Below, in pieces: positions 55,968-64,000 of a stretch of 64,000 nucleotides of DNA. This stretch comes from the human T2T-CHM13v2.0 reference genome, Homo sapiens, in the NCBI RefSeq assembly GCF_009914755.1, contig NC_060930.1. One strand, written 5' to 3'. A program made the translations under genes and the position numbers. The notes under the pieces are model-generated. The model searched no databases and was not told the origin of the DNA. It worked only from the letters and a program-made list of their open reading frames with translations. Each line of letters starts with the position of its first letter. Within the stretch, counting starts at the first letter, position 1.

Positions 55968-58782
55968 TGCTCTTCATATTGTAAACCTTTAAATTAAAAT
56001 GCATATCCTGTGGGAAAGTGCAGTCCTGTCTCCCTCTGCTGGAATCATAGTAAAAATTGTTTAAGGCAACCTTTTCTTCATTTCCAAGCCTGCCTTTGAT
56101 TGAAATCCATAGGCTTCTAGGCTCAAATACAGACTCACAAGAAGTCCCCAGGCTTCTTTTTGATCAAATTCGATATGCTTGTCAGGTTTCAGGGACGTCA
56201 CTAGGGGCAGATGTGGTGGTGAAAAAAGGAAATGTTGTGAGATCAATTAGGCTTAAAGCCACGGTGGCAGTAAGAAGCCCTTCATGGGGGCTGCTAGGAT
56301 GGAAGAGGTGTGTGGAAATGGGGTCCCCTCAGCATGTTGTCTGAGGACTGAATACAAAATGCAAGGACTTCTTTTGTTGTGCCCCCCAGCAAATCCAACT
56401 GCCTTGGAATAATAATAGTTTGCAATTGAATGGTGCTTTGGCATTTACAAAACATTTTCACATCAGTGATTTCATTTGGCCCCAAGAACAAGCCCTTGAA
56501 GTAGGCATAGCAGGTTACTACCTCCACTTCCTTGAGGAAGCACCTGAGGCCCAGAAACATAAAGTCATTTGCCCCAGGACACATGATTAATAGATAGGAA
56601 AACCTGTGCTTTTGATCCCGGGCTTGGGCTTTTTTGTGAGCTCTGTCCTCTCCTGCCCCTTCCTGAAATGGCTGATCTGTAAAATGATTTTATTTGTGAC
56701 ACATTCTCCTTATTTACCATGTTGCCCAACAGGACATTGTGATGACAACTCAGATCTTTTAGTTAATTAATTCCAGATTCTTCCCTGCTAATTAGAGGAG
56801 CTGATTCATTGGAATGAAATAGAGGCTTGGGGGGATGACAAGAATAAATTCTTTGAATGAGAAGCCACATTAGAAACTGTCAACTCTTGAAGAAAAGAAA
56901 GAGTGTGATTTAATTTTGTGATAAAATACACAACACACTTAAATTGAACTCATGAGTAAAGATACAATAGGAAGAACAACATAACACAAGTTGTGTGATT
57001 TAATGTATTACTATTTAACTTTTTTCAGCATGTGATTGTCTTGACTCACAGAGTAACTTTGATTGCATATAATTTCTTAAAATAAGTTAATATAAATTTC
57101 ACTGTCTTTTAATCTATTGAAAAATGAAAACAAAATAAGCTTCAGAGTGTTTTCATTCATCTTCATTTTTTTTTTTTTCAGATTATTTGGTTCTTTGCTT
57201 TAAGGGAAAGAGAAAACACGGGCTCTTTATGAACCAGTGGAACTAATTTTTGTGGACTTCTGCCTTGTGAGGCTTAGGGCTGGGCTTTCCCTAGGTTATG
57301 CTTTCCCTAGGGGCTTCTGAAGTCACCATGAATCTTGCTCCATAACCTGGGCCCAGGAGAACATCCAGGGCAGCTTGGATGTGACTATAAATCACAGGTT
57401 TGTGGGGATTGCAGCTGATCGTTGATGGCATGAACTTACCTTAGGCATCTTTAAGAATCATGACTATTTTAGGTGGGATAGATGTTGGGGCTCCTCTAAG
57501 TTAATCTACCTCATTTACCAACAGCGAACTCATTCAGATGGGTTATTCAGTGTTGTTTGCTTTCCCCAAGTGGCTATAAAGTTGTAGGAGCTTCTTGTTT
57601 TTTATTAGTACCATTTAGGTACAACTGGTAATTTCCTGTCCCTTTCAGTCAATGCTGGAGATGGAGCCAGCCGATCTCTAGTGATGTGGTCTTTGGGGCT
57701 GTGACCTCTGCTTCTAACTGTTCTGTAGAAAATGCTAAAGTTGGCAATGCAGGTGGTTTTCTCAGTTGGTTCTTCTTGAGTTGAATATTCAGTAGTTTCT
57801 GGAGTTGCTGAGTGAAATTTCACCTAATTTAGAATTTCCACAGCTCATGCTCTGAAACCTCAGTAATCGGGACATGCAACTTTTAGAAAACCAGAATTAT
57901 TTTGCTTAAAAAATGTTTTGCTTTCTGGTCAATTTACAGGTGTTAACTAGTGGTCCCTAGTTGTTTTAAAATAGAAAAGAAGGAAATAGTGCTCTCTCCA
58001 TCCCCACGTGTCCCCACCCAGTCATGCAAGGTACCTCTCCAGTCTGGTTACCATAGCCTCTCAGGCAAAAGGAGGCAAAGCCTGAGGCACCAGAGAAGTC
58101 TGTAAGGAGCAAGGCCAAACTGTCCAGGCAGTGAGGACAGAGATTGACCTTGGATATGGGAATGCTTCCTTCTTAGCAATCAAAGCCAAAGGGTATTTCC
58201 CACCTCAGTTGAACACCATGTTGCACGTCCTGGGAAAGACAGCCTCATACAGGAGCTCATGAGATCTGCTCTATCAGGTTGGCGGTTCTAGTTGTCCCAT
58301 AAATACAAAGATTGGTATAGTGTGCACGAAGCATATGGCTTACCCAGCCATCTCATTACAAACCTCTAGAAGACCAAAATGGAAAATCATTAACATTTTA
58401 TGCAAAGTTTCAGCATCTTCTGTTATTTCTAATGGGTAACACTCCAAAGAATTTGAAGATAGCACAATCCTCCCACAAGTAAGCAAAGGCTGTGGATGGA
58501 GAGAGTTACTATAATGTAGGGATGCTACTCAGAGGTACGACAACATCTTCTTAGAAAGACAGACAGCACAATAGTAGCAGCTCAGACTTCAGCCAGTTCT
58601 GTCTGTGTTCAAATCCCAGCTTGGCCATTTATACCTGCGTGGACTCTGGAAGGGAAACCTGTCCACGCCTCAAGTTCTTCATTGTGAAACTGGATGATAG
58701 CAATAATACTTACTTCTTAAGGAGGTAAACAAGTTAATAAATGTAAAATGCTTAGAATCATGCATTACATGGGTAAAATGTT

Positions 58783-59140
58783 TGCAGTGGGCTAAATGTT
58801 TGTGTCTGCCCCCAACCAAATTCTAGGCTGAAACCCAAATTCTCAATGTAATGGTATTTGGAGGCAGGACCCTTTGGGAGGTGATTAAGTCGTGAGGATG
58901 GAATCCTCACAGGTGGGATTGATGTCCTTATAAGAAGAGACATGAGAGAGATGATCTCTCTCTGCTTGCCTCCAAGTGAGGATATTGCTAACCAAGAAGA
59001 GAGCCTTCACCACACACTGAATCAGCCAGGGCCTTGATCTTGGACTCCCCAGCCTCCAGGACTATGAGAAACAAGTGTTCATTGTTTAAGCCACCCAGTT
59101 GATGGTATTGTGTTATAGCAGCCTGAACAGACTAAGATGA
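58783..59140 (+). mobile_element. MaLR LTR (MLT1A/MST-like) between MIR fragments
   Basis: GTCCTTATAAGAAGAGAC...CCTTGATCTTGGACT.CCAGCCTCCAG...TAAGCCACCCAG...GACTAAGA. Confidence 0.75.
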
Positions 59141-59664
59141 AGTTCTACAACAGTTGCTCAAGGGAAAACTGTGTGAATTTATCGTAGACAACATCACCAC
59201 TTTGCACTTATACAGGACTTTAAGCTGACAAGTGCATTCCCATGCATTCACTCATTTGCTTCTCACAACTCTGTGAGTTAGGCAAGGTAGGAGTCAGCAC
59301 CTCCATTTTACACATAAGGAAACAGAGTCCGGGAATTTTCTCCACTGTAAAATGGAGACATCAACAGCCCACCAGGAGCAACTCATCTACAAATTGTAAA
59401 CATGAATTTTCAAACCAAGCCTATTTTCTTCATTTGATTGAATATTGGTAGATAACTTTTAAAAACTGCATGAACTTGTATTTTTTTGCTTCATCTTGGC
59501 AACTTCTTCCACAAATTCTTCACTTGAACTTCACAAAGGGTCTAGTTGTATATTCACCACCCCTGAGCTTCGTTCACGAGTAACTATCTTAGATGAGCAT
59601 GTTTCTGTGCTAAGACATGCACAACTCACATAACACCTTCAGGATTTTATAAGATTAAACGTAC

Positions 59665-61350
59665 GCCTGACTTAGGTATGACACCAAAAGCACAATCAAC
59701 CAAAGAAACAGCAGATAAGCTGGACTTCACTGAAATTTAAAATTTTGCTGCTTCAACAGACACCATCAAGAAAGTGAAAAGACAACCAACTGACTGGGAA
59801 AAAATATTTACAAAGCGTATATCTGATAAGTATCTGATAATTATATCTAGAATACATAAAGAACCCCTACAACCCAATAATTAAAGACAACCAAACTTAA
59901 AAATGGGCAATCCGAATAGACATTTCTCCAAAGAAAATATACAAACAGCCAATAAGCTTATGAGAAGATGCTCAACATCATTAACAATCAGGGAAATGCA
60001 AATCGAAACCACAATGAGATACCACTTCATACCCATTAGAGTGGCTATAATAAAAGACAGACAGTAGTAAGTGTTGATGAAGATTCAGATAAATTGGAAG
60101 CCTCATCAATTGCTTGTAGGAATGTAAAATGGTCCACACTTTAGCAAATAGTCTGCTCCTCAAAAAGTTAAATATAGAGTTACCATATGACCCAGCAATT
60201 CCACTCTTAGATTTATTCCCAGGAGAAATGAAAAAATATGTCTACACAAAAACATGTACACAAATGTTCATGGCAGCATGATTCATAATAGCCAAAAATA
60301 AAAACAAACCAAATATCATAAATAACATGTGGTATATTCATACAATGGAATATTATTTGGCAATTAAAAAGGAATAAAGTATTGATACATGCCACAACAT
60401 GAATGAACCTTGAAAACTTACACAATGTAAAATAAATCAGTCACAAAAGACCATACATTGCATGATTCCATTTATATGAAGTGTACAGAACAGGCAAATT
60501 TATAGAAACAGAAAGTAAATTAATGGTTACTTAAGGCTAGGGGAGGGGAGGAATGTGGAAATTGGGGATGAAAGGACAGGCAGTTTCTTTTTGGGGTGAT
60601 GAAAATATCCTAAAATTCATTGCAGTAATGGTTACATGACTCTGTGAATATATTAAAAATCATTGAATTGTACACTTTAGATAAGCAAATTGTATGGCAT
60701 GTGAATTATATGTCAATAAAATGCTTTCTTAAAAAAAATTCACTGACCTAGTTAATACCTAATAATTCTGCTCCTGGGTACGTGCTAGGAGAAATAGGAG
60801 CATATGTTTACACAAACTCTTGTACACAAATATCTGTAGAAGCTTTATTTATAAATACATTTATTATTTTAAAATCATTTTAAATAATTTATTGTAAGAA
60901 GATTTATTTCTCCAAACTGGAAACAACCCAAATGTCCATCAACAGAAGAATGGATAAAGAAATTCTGGTTATTCATACAATGGAATACTGCTCAGCAGCA
61001 AATCAAAATGAGCAACTGATACGTGCAACAACATGAATTAATCTAAAAAATGCTATGTGGAGTGAATAAAAGCCAGACATAAAAGAGTACATACCTCATG
61101 ATTCCATTTATGTGAAGTTTTAGAAATGATAGAACCAATCTAATGGCGATGGATCTCAGAACAGTAGTTGTGAAGTAAGGGAAGGTGATTATAAGGATTA
61201 ATCTGGAGCATGGAAGAACTTTATGAGGTGCCAACAATGTTCTATCTCTGTAGATTGTGGGCTAATGGGTACACACATTGTCAAAACGAATGGAAATATA
61301 CACTTAAGATCTGTGTATTTTAGTGCATGCGAATCATAACTCGATAAAAG
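59665..61350 (+). mobile_element. Two old L1M 3'-end fragments (59665-60735; 60740-61350)
   Basis: ORF2 C-terminal remnants and L1MB/MC/ME-like 3'UTR motifs (TGATTCCATTTATATGAA). Confidence 0.75.
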
Positions 61351-61718
61351 TTGTCAGCTGTATCTGGTAATAGTTTATGAAAAGGTAAGTTTCCCAGAAC
61401 ACAGATATGACAGATATGACTACATATTCCCACTCTTTAGATGCCCATATTCATGTGGCATGTGTACATGACATGCAATAAATAGGGGCAGAATAGTATT
61501 GTGGAAAACGAAAGATGTCATTATTCTTGGACACTATGGCCTTAAGATAAGCAGTAACTTGAATCCCAGGTGTACAAATGGCCCAGATTACTGACTCATG
61601 TAGTCATACATTATTATTCACAGTGTTGTTTTTAAATGCTGTCTTATTTCTTGTATTATTTTATTATTAAGAAGGAACATCCAGAAAATTATACAAGCTG
61701 TTTATCTCACTCTGGATT

Positions 61719-62018
61719 CTTTTTTTTTTTTTTTTGGAGACAGAGTCTCACTCTGTCGCCCAGGCTGGAGTGCAGTGGCATGATCTTGGCTGACCGTAAC
61801 CTCCGCCTCCCATGTTCAAGCGATTCTCCGGCCTCAGCCTCCTGAGTAGCCGGGATTACAGGTGTGTGCCACCACACCCAGCTAATTTTTTGTATTTTTA
61901 GTAGGGACGGGGTTTCACCATGTTGGCCAGGCTGGTCTCAAACTCCTGACCTGAGGTGATCCGCCTGCCTCCACCTCCCAAAGTGCTGGGATTCCAGGCG
62001 TGAGCCACCGCGCCCAGC
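61719..62018 (-). mobile_element. AluS
   Basis: Poly(T) plus reverse Alu. Confidence 0.9.
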
Positions 62019-62151
62019 CCTCATCTGTTCTTTTGGTGAAAATGTCCAGGATAAAGTGCAAACTGAGTTTTCTTGGGAAGAATTTCATATATTCTGAAAT
62101 CAGACCTTCCCACAGTTTCAGTGTTCAAATTTTTGTTTTAGAAATGACAGT

Positions 62152-62508
<357 letters not shown>

Positions 62509-62655
62509 TCATTTGGCAGAGTTAAAACTTAGCAATGCTCTTCCCCTTTTGGGAACATGGCAACACTCTTCTCCTCCTTCCTCACTTTCCTCCCCTCTCC
62601 TCATCTCTTTCTTCTACTTCATTTTTCCTCAGGGGCCAGACACTGGGCTGAGTAT

Positions 62656-62948
<293 letters not shown>

Positions 62949-64000
62949 TGGGCTGGGTAGGTACATTGGCTCACTCACTTCTCACATCCACTCTGAGAGG
63001 CCAGAATTATGTGTGTGTGTGTAACACACAAACACACACACATTTTTTTTTTCACGTAAAGAAACTAAAACTCAGAGTAAATAAATGGCTCATGGCCACA
63101 GAGCTAGCAAAGTGCATCCTCTGAATCTCCAGGCTCCTGCCCCCACAAAGAACATGAATGAGATACCTCAGTAGCTAACAATAAATGACACAATGTAAGT
63201 AAGCATTCAGCACAGTCCCCAATGCCTCATGGGCAAGAAGAGTTCACTCATTTCTTCCATAAATATTTCCTGAGCATCTATCATGTGCCAAGCACTGTTG
63301 TAGACCCTAAATTACTGCAATTAAGGAAATGGACAAAAATCCTTGCTCTCAGATAGCTTACCTTCTAGGGCTTCTTATTACATCCATGGTTAAATTCTCT
63401 GGGGCAACCTCCCCTCCTGTACCCTTTCTGCTCACAGGAGGATGAGAAAGGTCTGTGGCTAGGTGCCACTCTACAGCCTCTCCAATGCCATGGTAGAGCA
63501 GACACCAGGAAAGAGTTGGAGATGTGGAGGCAGCAGCTGCCAGCTTCCTAGCGGAGGTGGAACAGCGGTGCTTTCTTAGGGAAAGGAAAAGAAGAGGCAG
63601 GTGAAGGCCGGAGGCCAGAAGAGGGCTGGCAACCAGAGGCCCAGCATCCAGGGCTGGAAGCTTCTTCCAAGCAGCTCAGGCAAATCCAAGCTCTGTGGGT
63701 GCTTGTCTGACCCTCCCACCCCTGATTTCCGTGCCTGCGGCCAGGAAGTCAGGTGCCTTCTGGAATGATCTGAAAGGATGTTGGTAGAAGAAGACTAAAA
63801 CCTCCCTTGGGCCATTTTTTTTTTCCTGGAACTCCGTAGCTTTCTTATAGGAAACTGTGAAAAGTGAAAAGGGCTTGGGGACAGAAGCCCCAGTTCCAGC
63901 CCTGGCCCTGGAACTCACCCCCTTTACCTCTTCTCTCTCTGTAAATCCTTCTTCACTGGGCTCCTGGAAGAACTAAAGCACTGGGTTCCTGGAAGAGCAC

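Overview
Hominid (most likely human) genomic DNA, about 60% interspersed repeats by eye. It contains the 5' part of GABRR1 (GABA-A receptor rho1 subunit) on the minus strand: coding exons 1-6 (122+51+107+68+224+83 = 655 nt, signal peptide through the Cys-loop), all with GT-AG boundaries. Later exons lie left of the window. Upstream of the gene (36.3-51.6 kb) is a nested transposon block: a full-length old L1PB with TSDs, into which a full-length L1PA2-type element, a solo LTR12C (ERV9) and four Alus inserted. The L1PA2 has nonsense-disabled ORF1/ORF2 but an intact 5'UTR, YY1 site, +97 splice donor and ORF0. The L1PA2, LTR12C and L1PB promoters all face GABRR1, and a candidate cassette exon with a MER2-derived acceptor lies between them and the gene, suggesting a primate-specific TE-driven alternative transcription unit. 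Other notable points: exons 2-5 total exactly 450 nt, are phase-symmetric, are bracketed by inverted Alus and would circularise into a stop-free ORF; exon 2 has a NAGNAG acceptor; codon 26 is Val; several retrotransposition junctions are unusual. Repeat subfamily calls come from recalled consensus motifs, not RepeatMasker, and old-repeat boundaries are approximate. Most other ORFs in the track are spurious repeat translations.
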